Origin: Macrostomum lignano
Taxonomy: Eukaryota
NCBI GenBank assembly: GCA_002269645.1
Contig: NIVC01002030.1
Span: 50,000-113,999, forward strand
Reading direction: 5' to 3'
Length of the DNA: 64,000 nt
Each line of letters opens with the position of its first letter. The first letter of the stretch is position 1. A program made the position numbers and the translations under genes. This document shows positions 36,382 through 49,278 of the stretch, piece by piece. Below the pieces are notes generated by a model. That model saw nothing but the letters and a program-made list of their open reading frames with translations. It made no database searches and had not been told where the DNA came from.

Positions 36382-37739
36382 CTTTCTGTTGATGACAGAA
36401 TTAAAATAGCAACTTGCGTTTAAAGAAACAATGTGTGGAACTGTAAATAAATTGCTTTTTGTATAAAACTATTTATTTATTCCTTCTCAGTCTTATATCA
36501 CGTGGATTTGCATAACAATTGTGCAATCAAAATAGCGGGGTGCTTTGAGTGATTTAGGGCGGCTGAGATAAACAACAGAAACTTAATTTTAACTTTGGCA
36601 TAATTACTTAACTTTATCCACCGGATTATTGCAGAATATATAAGACTACAGAAATACAGTGTTGATTTTTTAATAGCCCACTTTCTATGAAATTAAACCG
36701 CGTTAATTAGATTCTTGATAAATTGAGCCACAAGTTAATGTGATGGATGGAATTTTTTAATTTTGGACACAAATAACATATTAGTGTAATTATCATGTGG
36801 GTATCGAGTTTTTATCGATGCAAATCAATTCGATCCGTTTAATCAAATCTCATCTGATCCGTTAAGCTGATCTCATGCAGTAAGCTTTACAATTTACATG
36901 TATAATGTACAATATCTACTTAATTACCAAGAGAATCACCACTGGGAGGAAATTTCCTTCCTCCTTCCAGTATAAGCTGTGACACTCATTTTGGTGTTAT
37001 ATGTAATCTGCAAATTACTATTTCGTAGCAGTAGATTAATCATGTAGAAACCCAGATTTGCTTTCCCGTCGTTACTAATAATTGAAGTGCATGTGGGGGC
37101 AAAAAAGTGCTTCTGGCGTCAAAAAGTGTCTGCTCTGCAGTCTGCTATATACTATACACATATTAAGTTGTAGATTCTGTAGCCTGCGCCAAATAAAATA
37201 TATATCGATCAATACATGCACATACATGTACATGTAGGCTTTTACATGCACCAAACAAGCCAAATGTTTTGTTCTTTAATTTGGATCTTGGCTTTGCACT
37301 ATGAAATCATGGTGACTCCATGCACCTGTTACTTACAATAAATATGATTGTGTAGTGACTGACCTCACATGTACAGTATATTGTAGATTTGATTTGTGAA
37401 TTCCCAAGCATCTGAAGTACAAGAAGTACAGAATGTGCTATGTGTACATATATGTGATGTACGATTGGTAAAATATTCTGAAGTTGCTTCAGTTAACTTG
37501 TGAGTTCGAATTGAAATGCGTGTAAAAGCGTGCATCTAGCGCTGCTTAAACAGTAATTGCATGTGACACACATGTAGGAGATTTAGATATTTTCCCGTTG
37601 ACTTACATAATGTAGATGCAAGGGTCGTTAAAATGACGTGTCCAATCGGCGTTTGCTGATTGGTTGTAAACACCCACCCCAAGTTAACCCCCCTCTGCAC
37701 TGCACCCTCCGCCGTGAGGTTTATATCACCTAGCTTTTA

Positions 37740-40293
37740 CTCAGCCTGCCTCACCTTTCTCGCGCTGCATGAAATTTTCTCGCGCAGGGCACCGACGATC
37801 TGGACAAGAGGATCGCCCGTCAGGAGAAGCTGCTTCGGCTGAAGACTCTTCAACGCCAGACTGCTGAGATCGAGGCTGAGCTGGAGAACAAGCCTTGCCA
37901 ACAGAGCCGTAAGTTGCGGAGCCCCTTGCCGATTGACCGGTCCCCTGCTGCCTATGAGCCGGAGCTGGGACTACCAGAACTGGGCCTTCAAGGCCTCTAC
38001 AGCACTTCCGCCAGGCCGTCGGGACCGTCAAAGCCCCTTCTGGTAAAGGACTTTATCAACCGTGATGGCGAGGAGCCTGCCTCTGGCGAGAGGTCCAGAT
38101 TCCGGACTGAGCAGATCTCGGCGGGTCAGTGGGTAGCAGGCAGCAACCGAATCCTGCTGAAAATCCTCGACGAGGGGTCCTTGGTCACCGCTAAGGATGG
38201 CGCGGTGGATCTTGAACAGCTGAAGGCCTACGTTCGCTACTGTGTGCAGTTCGGCGAGTTTATGCACCAGGGTTTCAGTCAGGCCGCCCTCAACTGTTAC
38301 GATGAAGACTTCAGGATTCTGCAACATCAGTCGAGCGGCAGCTGGGAGCGGGAGTCGCTGCAGCTGCTATCCAAGCACATTCTGGCACCAAAGTCAAATC
38401 AGGGCGGCAACGCGATCTTCAAAAACTAGATCGCGGCCGGCCGGGGGGCTCAACTGGCAGCGCAGCTGCCCTGGCGGAAGCCAAAGTCGAACCCCTGCTG
38501 CCCCCGGCTGGCCCTGTCCCAAGCCCCTCGAGTCCGTCGCTTTCTCATCCGACCTCGCCACAGCCGCCTGGGAAACTGAGCTGACTGACGATCCTGACCG
38601 CGAATTCCTGCTGAATGGCATCCGCAACGGCTTCCAACTCACCTGCCCTGACCCGTCAGAAAGAGCCTCAACTATGTCAGAAATCCAGAACTAGCTATCA
38701 GTCAACAGTTACCGGCAGCTGGTCGAGCAGCAGGTGCAAGAGGAAATCCTTAATGGCCGCTACGTTCAAGTCAGTGACAAACCGGAGGTCATCAGCGCCC
38801 TTGGCACCATTCCGAAGGGCAACAACAAGATTCGACTCATCCACGACTGCTCTAACCCTCCGGGTCTCTCCCTAAACAGGCGATTTTCTTCCGACTACAG
38901 AATCAAGTTCGAGACCGTCAGTCACTTCACCGCCAAGCTGCAACCCGGTTGGTTCATAGCCAAAGTCGACCTCGCCAATGCCTACCGGAGTGTCGGCATC
39001 AGCCCGCACGATTTTCGGCTCACCGGCTTGAAGTGGAAATTCAGCGACCAGCGCAGCGATTCGTACATCTGCGACACGCGGCTCCCCTTTGGCGCTGCTG
39101 CCTCCGTGGAAGTTTTCCACCGTCTGAGCCAGGCCGTCAAGCGCATGATGCAGAGACGGGGCTTCAACGATATCGGCAGTTATCTCGACGACTTCGCCAT
39201 AGCAGCCTCCAGCAAGGACGACTGCCAGCTCGCTCTCGACACCCTGCTCAATCTGCTGCGGAAGCTTGGCTTCTCCATCAACTGGAGCAAGGTGGTGGCG
39301 CCGTGCACCAGACTGGTCTACCTGGGCGTCCTCATCGACACCGTCAGCGGCCTGCTGGAGCTTCCGAAGGAAAAGCTCGACGCCACCAAGTCTCAGCTGC
39401 AGTACGCGCTCTCTCGCGAGCGCATCACCAAGCGCCAACTCCAATCGCTCTGTGGCCGCATCAACTGGGTCTGATGGTCGCGCACTACATCATCGCGCTG
39501 TCCGACCGCCTCTCCTCGCATGCCAGCGTCGGTGCGTACAATAACGCCGCAGACCTGCACTACAAGCTCAAGACCGGCCGCGGCCTTCCTCGCGACTCCC
39601 GCATCGACCTGCTCCTCCGCGGTGTGCAGCGCAAACTCGCCAAGCCACCGGCGCGCAAGGCGCCCAAGGTGACCTCCTCAAACTGCGAGGAACCCTGCGC
39701 CTGCAGCAGCCTCAAGATGCAGCCTTCTGGGCGGCGGTCCTGGTCGGATTCTGGGCCTCCTGTGCCGCGCCAATCTGTGCTGCTCGAAACCGTTCCCACC
39801 AGCTGGCGAGGCGGTCACCTGCGGCGACCTGCAAGTATCACCGGATCTGGTCATCCTGCACATTTGGCGCTCCAAGACGAACCAGTACCGCCAGCGAGTG
39901 CAGCGCGTTGTCCTGCCGCGCCTCCGGCACGCGTCGCAGCACCCGCTCTGCCCCGTGGCAGCGCTGCTTCACCACCTGCGCATCAACCAGCCCGACCGCG
40001 CCGCTGCTGCCCACCTCTTCGCCTACCGAAGCAGCAGCGGCCTGACGCCTCTGACCGGCACCCGGTTCTGTCGCCTGTTTCAGCACGTCGTCCACCGTGC
40101 CGGCCTGGCAGACCGGTCTCTGTCTCCTCACAGCCTTCGACGCGGCGGCGCCTCGCTGGCTTTCCGCGCCGGTGTCCCGCTGCCGGTCGTCAAGGCCCTG
40201 GCCGACTGGCGGAGCTCGGCGGTTGAGGTGTACCTGGGGCTGGAAAAGGGCTTCGACCTCCAGCTGGCGGCTGTTCGCAAACTGTCTCAATGA
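37740..40293 (+). mobile_element. Decayed DIRS/Ngaro-type tyrosine-recombinase retrotransposon (ORF1, RT, YR)
   Basis: ORF1 at 37914-38429. RT at ~38430-39474 with RLIHDCS, AKVDLANAYRSV, RLPFG, YLDDF and YLGVLID, plus an in-frame TAG at 38692-38694. YR at ~39476-40293 with RSKTNQ, LCPVAAL, HSLRRGGAS, ADWRS and Y, broken by frameshifts. Element boundaries are approximate. Confidence 0.9.
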
Positions 40294-41224
40294 CTATAAT
40301 TTTTCATTTGCCTGCTCTGGGTTGAAGCTGGTGTGCTGTCTGCTTTCTTTTTCCTCTGGCTTGGACTCAAATGTTTGGATTTTTTTTCTTCTCAACTCGT
40401 GTTTTTTTCTTATTTAGTATTTTATCTTTTTCTTGCAATGATGACTGTTGTTTTATCGATTAAGTGCTGCTTTAATGACTGTTTATTTTATTTTGCTTGC
40501 AAGCGTGTCCCAGCATTCTGCGTGCCCCCCGTTTTTCTTTCACTATTTTCCCATCATTTTTCGGATTTTGGACCGTCGTATCCACTCGCACTGTACTCGA
40601 TGTACTCGCAAACATTCGCGTCCGCCTTCCCTTCCCTTGGGGTGTGCTGTTTATAGTAGTTATACTTCGAGACGTTCGAGTACTACAGTGGTCCTTGGGT
40701 GGTCCGTAGACACGTGTCGTCTATTCCGCTAGAGTTTTCTTCCTGCACCACACTACGAGCGTACAAAACCTTAGCTTGGATAGGCCTATTAATGATTGTT
40801 TTCGTTGCTTGAATTTTATCCTTACAGTAATATTGAAGCAATATCAGCAAGTCATACCCTGTTGTTATCATCATACATGTCAGAACAATAGAAAGGAATT
40901 AGGAACACTCTCAAATCATTGTTATGAAAAATAATGCAAAACATGATTTTTGGCCACTGCCAAATAAACAAATAAACAAAGAAAATTACACGCTTGCAAA
41001 GTATTCTAAAACCAAGCGAAATTTCGCAGTCAGAGGGGTAATTCTTTATTAGCTCGTAACTTAAATTCCTACATGTATAGTTGAAGAATTCAGTTGCTAT
41101 GGTTACATATACAATTACGAGAAGATGTTGGATACGAATAGATGAATGGCTTCGATTGATATCATTCAGATCAGATAAATTGAAAAGGAATAGAACGTAA
41201 CCATGGCAATGGTTTCATGTATCT

Positions 41225-41741
41225 CTAGTGGGCTTTGCGCTTATTCGTTGCACTCGCCTGGCCAGAGTAGAACGGGCTTACGCACATTCGCCAGACCAGC
41301 AGGGCGGGCCACACAAACCACGGCAGATAGATTCCGGCCACCTTGAGCCGGTCATCAAGTGTCTCTGGTCCTTGGGGCGTCTCTCCAGTAAAGTCGTGAT
41401 AGCCGATGTGAGCCAATATTGGGATGAGCGTGGTGGCCACGTGGGTGCCGTAGATGATGGCAGGTATTCGAATCCACCTTCGGCCGCCGAGAACGAATGC
41501 ATAGGTGCACAGGAAGATCAGAGGTGCCTGAAAGGTGATTTCGCACACGCAGAGGCTTTTGTACCAGGCCGGAGGCTTCAGTACCATGCTGTCTTTAATG
41601 ACGCGCCCGTACTCAGCAGTCATATTGCGAAGGACGTCCGAAATAGCCAGCTGGGCAGGACTACTTGAGCATCGAACAGTACCAGGATGGGAATATGGAT
41701 TATAAAATATAAAGCAAAAAATGCGTCCAGAGGCGCTCCAT
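41225..41741 (-). CDS. TMEM97: TMEM97/sigma-2 receptor (EXPERA domain) homolog with two apparent 1-bp frameshifts; either a gene with sequence errors or a young pseudogene
   Basis: Restoring one C near 41732 and one C near 41640 gives a 172-aa ORF: MERPLDAFFALYFIIHIPILVLFDAQVVLP...PPAWYKSLCVCEITFQAP...IPAIIYGTHVATTLIPIL...YLPWFVWPALL, matching TMEM97 family motifs. Confidence 0.85.
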
Positions 41742-42519
41742 TGTCTTCGTTGTTGCCTGAGGGTTGAGAGAGTCGTACGATCGCAGCTTGCCTTGTTGGT
41801 GGTGGTGGTGCGACAATTACTCCAGGCCCTGCCCTGGCATTTTATACGCTTCTCGTTATCGTCTTCTTGCCCTTTAAACCCTGGGCCAGCAAAAGCTATG
41901 ACTTGTACGCTCGCATAGCTAGCCCGGGTTGTAGGGACACACCACTGGAAAGAGTTTTAGTTTGGCTAAGGGCAGGCGCATGAGGGTGTGAACAGTACGA
42001 GTGAACAATTTTGTGCACAGAGAAAAATGTACAGCAAGGCTTCATACTGTATGAGAGCAGGCTGGGTAAATGCCGCTCCATTCAATTTCAAATGGTTCAA
42101 TACTTCTCCCTACAACTCCTACTCAGTGTTTCTATATATGAACTCTTGCAGTCTGCGCAAATAAGTTCTGTAGTGCTTGAGTAGGGCTATAAGAGAGAAC
42201 TAAATGCTGGATAAGTCCTGACAGCTTGCAAAAGTCAATTCTCACCACAGGAATTATTTGCACATTCTTCTCTTCCCTTTTGCTTCGATCTCTTATCCCT
42301 CTGGCGAATGAAAAAATATGGAGAAAGGGAGCGAGAAGCAATGCGGCTTTTGGGGCAGAAGTGGCCCAGAGGTTCAGCATGCGCAGTAGAGCGTAGAGCA
42401 GTTTGTTCCAGTTGGCAACATAAAAGTATTGGGCTGCAACTCTCTCAATCCAGGAGAGTTATTGAGCCTCTGTAAGTCTAGCAGCCAACTGAATCGATAA
42501 TTTTGACAGAGTTAAATAA

Positions 42520-45324
42520 ATGGCAACGGATGACCAATTCGATCTTGAGTTGCGATTCAACATCCGCAAGAATCGGGTTGCCAAGGTGCGCGCATGGTTC
42601 GAGACGCACACTATCACGCCTTCGCTGGGCCAAGAGGATTGCTTGAACAGTCCGCTGGTGTACGCCGTGCTATGGAAGAAGCCCGACATCGTCGCATATC
42701 TCATTCACGAACAGTCGATGCGCATTCCCATGCCGCATCCTTCATCTTGCGTGTGCCAGCTCTGCTTGCTGCTCCAGAGCGATCGGCGATTCGCCCAGGT
42801 CTACACGCGACGAGTTCTCATGGCTCTCGTTTCGCCAATTTACATCTTCTCGCTAAATGAAGATCCTCTTGACTACTATCTAGAGTGCTTTCGGCGAATT
42901 GCTGAGCTGCGCTACACTCTAATGCGGCACAGTCGGAGTCACTTTAGGCAAGATTTAACATACCGCTTCAATTTCTCTAGTGGTTTTGAAACAATCATGA
43001 AATGGCATGGCTTTAATTAATTTTTTTCGAAACTTTGAGCAGGCTGCTGCGCAAATGTGTGGAGACCAGCATTAGCGCCCTGATGGACTGCTGCGAGAAC
43101 TACGAGGAGGTTCAAACCGTCCTAGTTGACGAAGTCGACGAAGGCCTCCTGCAGGGTCTGGAGAACTTCGAGCCCCGACTCGGCCGGGTGCAGTTGTTTT
43201 TGGAGATGAAGCTGCGCAGTCCAGCTGTCCACAGGGCAACGCAAAGCTTAGTCACCAAAGTGTGGATGCGAGATCTGCCATGGCTGCAGCGAATCCACTC
43301 ACCCATGCTGCAGTCCATAGTCCTGTACATGACGTCCCTGTTCTGTTTTGCTATCATCTCGCCTCTGGTGATTGTGTTTCCTCACCCGAAGCTAGTCAGA
43401 CTAATCAAAGCCCTGCCGGTGGCATCGGTGCTGGAGCTCATCTCCACCTATGCGAACGTCGCTAGTGTCCTCGTTACTGTGCTGCAGAATCTGTCCAGTT
43501 CCAGCAACCTGTGCTCAGTGTGGAGCACGGGCAGCATGGCAGCTGTATACACATCCTACAGCATCATGCTCTCCTTCATCCTGGGTCGAATTTGTCGCGA
43601 AGCTCACGACATGTTCTGGTTGGGGCCCGGGATGAACCACATCAACATGTTCGACCGGTGCCTGTCAATTAGCAATGCCTTCCAGCTGGCTGGAGTCGTC
43701 ACGCTGCTCACTGGTGTCACTCGGGTGCGCAACAACCACCCTTCCGATTCAGTTGTGCTAAGGGCTGTGGCCCAACTGTGCAACCAGCCCAATGTCACTG
43801 CTGGTACGTTTTATTCGCAGTCTGTAGCGGTGAAAAAACTTATGAGATGTCCAGACTGTGATTCAGGCTTCAGACATGGTTCCGGATGGAGCTGCGTTGA
43901 GCTTGGTAAAATGCAGATGCTGAGTAGATATAATTCTCGTAATTGATTGTCTGGTTCATTTGATTCGATCTTCGATTTATCACATTTCCAATGCTCAGTT
44001 GAATCGAATTGCAGGCCAGGAGATTTGCCAGTTGCACACCTGCATGACCGATAGCGAGACGCGCTACATCGCCGAGTGGACAGTTCCGGAGAGGCTGGGA
44101 AGCAGTCTGCTCTCAATTGGGCACCTCCTACTGTTCCTCAGTCTGGGCAACGCATTTGAGATGCACAAGATCACAGGAGTTCTAACGTTTACTGTGCAGA
44201 AGATGTTCAAAGATATTGGCCAGTTCTTCGTCTTCATGGCGCTAGTGCTGCTTGGGTTTGGCTCAGCACTAACAACGATGTACCAGAATTTCCGCTGCTC
44301 CACGACAGCGTTCGATAGCTTTCCAAACACCACTAATGTGCTGTATTGGGGCATCTACGCTATGAGTGACACCACTGCGTACAACTTGTTGAACAACAAG
44401 CTGTCCAGTGATTCCGTGACGCAGTTCATTAGAAGCTTTGGTAAGGCTACTTTGTGGATCTTGATAATTGATTAGCTATAGGAAAAAATATCATTACATT
44501 AATTTAACAAAAGCGCTAATACAATTTGTACGGGATGTGGTCGTTAAATTAGAGTCCGAGCGCAACCTCTAGAAAAAAATTCACCAGTTGATTGTGAAAT
44601 TAATTCACTCATCTGACATTGGGACATCTACGACTAGTCTCTTTGAATGCACAACTTGGTGAACATGTTATTTCATGTTATTTGACACTGAACATTGAGC
44701 TCATTTCAATAGTGTAGTGAGTGCTACCTGATTTAACAAACTAAAAATACGTCAATCATGCCTACAGGCCTCTTCCTATACGGCGGTTACATCCTCATAG
44801 CCAGCGTTGTTGCCGTCAACTTGCTGATCGCTCTCATGTCCGTCACGTTCGAGGACATCCAAGCCAACAAAAACGACAAGTGGCTGTTCGGCCGGATGCG
44901 CCGGCAGCTCAAGCTGATACTGCTGCGGCCGTACCACAGCCTGGTGCTGCCTATCCCTCTGAATCTGCTCACACCGCTGCCGCAGACTCTATTAGCCATC
45001 GCGTGGGCAGTTCGATGGGTCCTACGCCGCTGCCTGGCCACCTGCAGACCAGAGTCCTCCTCAACACTGCAGCTGCAGCTGGAGCAGCAGCCAGAAAAAG
45101 AGCTGGAGGAGATGCGAGCTGCGGACCTGCAGTACATCACCAGTCACGTTCAACGGCGTACAACAGTTGAGAAATGCCTGGTAAAACTGCGCATCAAGTA
45201 CAAGCTGTGCGAATACTCTAAGGAGGCACTCAAAGCCAATCGGCTGTCCCTGTCTATGCTCGAGGACCAGGAAGAGCTCATGGAAATTGAAGAAGAGGAA
45301 GAGGAAGACGATGACGAAGATTGA
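42520..45324 (+). CDS. Divergent TRPC-like cation channel, 4 exons, ~723 aa
   Basis: Exons 42520-42947, 43043-43803, 44015-44440, 44768-45324 (intron 1 is GC-AG). TRP_2-like IPMPHPSSCVCQLC and ALVSPIYIFSLNEDPL, multiple TM segments, S5 MFKDIGQFFVF, pore LYWGIY, S6 VNLLIALM, TRP-box-like KWLFGR. Confidence 0.9.
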
Positions 45325-46029
45325 GCCATTTGTGCCAGGAGACTTCAAACTGGTGATTTACATGCCTGATGGACAATGTACAGAATGTTTGTTGAAAGCT
45401 GGATTTGCAATTTGAACAGAACCAGGGGCAATAATTAATGCTCAGTATTGATAGCAGACAGCTACGCTTTTATGCTTGTCGCGGTGAACTCTTAATAGCA
45501 ATATTGTGCCGGCCACTATCGTGATATCCTCCGCCGCCACTGTGCTCAGGGTTTTGGGATGGGCCTTTGCTGCAGAAGCTCCCGCGGATTTTGTGACTTG
45601 CCGTGGACTTAACTGTTGCTTCGGGAGTCTTCTCTTTTATAAAAGCAACCAGTGAAGGCACAAAAAATCTTATTGCATCTAAGCACTGTACGTGGCAATA
45701 TCAATAATCTTTCCAGGTTTGGAAACATTTGCAATTTTGCTTTAGCAGGCGTACTTTACGCCTGCGAGCTACAGTGGAACGCTATAGAAAACTTATTGCT
45801 CCGTGTAAATTTGTTTTATTGCACAACATTCTGTGACAGCGCGCGCATCTGCATCTCGATTGCTTTGTCCTTATACGAGCTCGCTACTTCCTAAATTTTT
45901 GTCTCTGTGCACGCTACTAATTACGGTGCAGTACTATAAAACACTTCTCTCGGCGAGTGTCTGCTTGCCAATTAACGGTATTTGAATGGAGGGCAGAACA
46001 CCTCAGCGGTAAGCGCATCTGACTTGATA

Positions 46030-46215
46030 ACGCCACGACCTCAAGGCACAGAAAGTGTACATGCCTGATGACTCTAACGTCAGGGCCGCTGTACACTCTG
46101 TGTGAGCGTGCGTATGAGTGCGTGCCTGCTGTGTACAGTATTGGCGCGCTTGTGTGTGCAGAATTGTCGTCAGCACTGGTTGTGGGACGATGTCGCCGAA
46201 GGCGTTGCGCCACGG
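46030..46215 (+). mobile_element. SINE family B body fragment
   Basis: Reverse complement of the body seen at 30200-30330 and 62745-62880. Confidence 0.6.
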
Positions 46216-46544
46216 AGCCCGCCCCACAGAAGCCCTCCTGAAGTCCTGAAGTCATCTGATGTTTAACTTTCTTTTCTGTCCAAAAACTTGTTTACACATA
46301 GTTTACGCTCTGCTCTGATAAAAAATTCAACCAGTTTTGGTGCAGGAAAAATAAATATTTGTCATGCATATTTAAGAAAATTATAATTGCTACATAACAT
46401 TGATACTCGCATAATCAAGTATTGACTTCAAAATTTTTATCAATTGCTATGGTGTCACATCATCAAAACCGTTATGCCATATTTGCTATTGGCTGAATAA
46501 GGCTTTATCAAATTATACTATATTTTAACTATAAATCTAACTAA

Positions 46545-46800
46545 TGTAGCCTAGGGGTTAGAGCGTCGGACTCACGACTTGTAGGTCGGGGGTTCGATTG
46601 CCGATCCCTATTGAAACAATTTGTGTCCTTGAGCAAGACACTTAACTCTGCATTGCTTCAGTTCACCCAGCTGTAAAATGGGTGCCAGCATTAGCTGGGG
46701 TAATTGAGGCTGTGTGTGGCGACCCCCCAGTCCTTGGACTGAACAGCCGTACGCAGCCTTCAGATGCGCCGCGCAATAGCTGCGGCTGAGCTGTCGGTTG
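46545..46800 (+). mobile_element. tRNA-derived SINE, family A, copy 2
   Basis: Head TAGCCTAGGGGTTAGAGCG...GGTTCGATT, then GTGTCCTTGAGCAAGACACTTAACTC...CCCAGCTGTAAAATGGGT; matches 22524-22775. Confidence 0.85.
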
Positions 46801-47630
46801 CACATCTGCCCATCAGGGATCCCAATGCCATTACATGCGAGGTCCACGGACTACTGAAGTAATCTTCTAGTGGTCCTTGGCGAGGTCATAACGCATTAAA
46901 TTATGATGAGTCTTGTTCCCAGAGATACTGCTGTTGAGCATACATATAAAGTCAGGTTGAGTAGGCACACCTGCAAAACCACATGCACAACGAAATCGTT
47001 CGAGCAAGCATCTCAGGCATTCCCGTTGCTTTATCGAGTCCAACTGTTTGCTACCGAAACAACTCAAACACTTACAAGCTGTGCCACCAGCCTGATAAAA
47101 GCAACTAATCTGATGAAGAAAACTTCCATGGCTTATCGACAGAAGTGAAGCATACTCAGCGTATTTCATACGCAGATCGCCTAAAAAGTGCTGATTTTTA
47201 TATAATATTTGAGGCGAACTAATTAATATAGTGATAGACACGATAGAATTTTTTCGGCGAAACGGGAGTTAAAAAGGGTCCTCGTACGCTAACAGACCCA
47301 TTCACTATTCAAGATTATTTTTAAAGCCAATTTGCCCAATAATGTAAGGTTTTTTAAATTTGAAACTTTATCCGAGATCTCTTGTTCAAATTTATCACAA
47401 GAAGCACTATAATAGTTCCAACTGCACTTAAAAAGGAAGTGAACTTCACTTTCTAACCTCCCCACGGCACTTTCATGGTCCTATTCTTGTAAGGGATCTC
47501 TGGTCTCGCAGTCCTCATTGTTTCGCAGGCCAGTTCGGATAAGTTAATACAAATGTCAGTAATTCGTCGCAAGCCTAACACCCATCCAGCCTCGGTTGTG
47601 TTGCTCCTTTGCTGTGCACTGAAGACAGAC

Positions 47631-47633
47631 AGG

Positions 47634-47665
<32 letters not shown>

Positions 47666-47695
47666 GAGAGCGAGAGAGAGAGAGCGAGAGAGCTG
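47631..47695. repeat. (GA)n microsatellite
   Basis: Directly visible; similar runs occur at ~57478-57509 and ~63615-63650. Confidence 0.9.
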
Positions 47696-48162
47696 AGCGC
47701 TAAGAAGCAAGAGAGTGCGCGATTGTACGCGATTCGAAGCGGAGGGCGAGGCGGGGTACGATAAACCGACTGGGTCTGCGCTGCGACGAAATTCTGTTGC
47801 AACTTTGGAGGTGCAGAGCGGGAGGGGGTTTAAGGGAGTGTTCAGGTCAGAGGCGTAGGGCATATAGTGGGGACGAATATTAAGGCTGTGTTCCTTTTCG
47901 CGCAGAGCTGCGCAGTGTCTCTGTTCCCTCTGAAGCCGCCCGCCACTCTTCATCGGACTTTTTACTAAAGGCAGCGCAATTCGGCCTGTGAAAACGTAAA
48001 AAACCACGCGCTTCGCTTCTTGATCTGCGCAGCTGCCTGATCTGCTCACAATTAACGCGACTCAACTCGCAAGGTAAGTCATGCAAATTGCTGTGAAACG
48101 CTGTTTTGTTTCAAATTATATTTCCCAACAAATGCTCTGAAACTTCCAGAGCCCAAACTCCC

Positions 48163-48740
48163 ATGACCCAATGATCCATGACCCAATGCCCAATGACCCA
48201 ATGATCAATATCCCGATGATCCAAGACCCAATGATCCATGACCCAATGATTCATGACCCAATGATTCATGACCCAATGATTCATGACGCAATGATCCATG
48301 ACCCAATGATTCATGACCCAATGATACATGACCCAATGATTCATGACCCAATGATACATGACCCAATGATCCATGACCCAATGATCCATGACCCTATGAT
48401 CCATGACCCAATGATCCATGACCCTATGATCCATGACCCAATGATCCATGACCCTATGATCCATGACCCAATGATCCATGACCCTATGATCCATGACCCA
48501 ATGATCCATGACCCAATGATCCATGACCCAATGCCCAATGACCCAATGATCAATGACCCAATTATCCATGACCCAATGAATGATCCATGACCCAATGATC
48601 CATGACCCAATGATCCATGACCCAATGATCCATGACCCAATGATCCATGACCAAATGATCAATGGCACAATGATCCATGACCCAATGATCCATGACCCAA
48701 TGATCCATGACCCAATTATCCACGACCCAGTGATCCGTGA
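48163..48740. repeat. 15-bp minisatellite (ATGATCCATGACCCA), ~38 copies
   Basis: Directly visible; explains the MIHDP and HWVMD ORFs. Confidence 0.96.
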
Positions 48741-49278
48741 CGCAACAATAAGATGAAATTGCTAGTCTTTGTTAACAAGATCTAGGATAGGATAGGATAG
48801 ATCTAGGACAAGAATAGGATTCCTATCGATCACCGGTGTAGTGACCGATTTTGCTACTCGGCCAAGCCTCGGAGCCACAACAAATCGGCATTTGTACTTT
48901 CCCGAAGTCAATTGGTACGAAAGGCAGCGGCAGTGAAAGCTGATGTCGAACTGTTTTCCTCCACAGCCGGGTGGGATCTGTGGGACGGAGCCCCCCTCCC
49001 AGCAAACTTAGCCGTTTCGGATTCATCTGCATTTTTCGCCAGCCCCATGGGATGCGAGTCTGAGGGAAAACATTCCCAGACCTGACTGACGGACGGACGG
49101 ATCAAGAAAAGCTGTTTTGCATTTTTTGCTTTCTTAAAGGTGAGGGCTAGCTTGGTCATGGATCTCTAGACCTAAAATCAGGAGAGGAGGATGCAGCACA
49201 AGCCGCGATAAGGGTGCACCATCACAGCAGCTTCCATTCCACTTCCAGGTGCTAAAGGTGTAGAATGGTTCTGGCAGT

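Noticed and set aside
37741-40290. Minus-strand ORFs over the retroelement, and antisense ORFs over other genes
   Set aside because: Shadows of GC-rich coding sequence on the opposite strand.
46867-47241. ORF faintly resembling a LINE RT C-terminus
   Set aside because: Similarity is too weak to support without a search.
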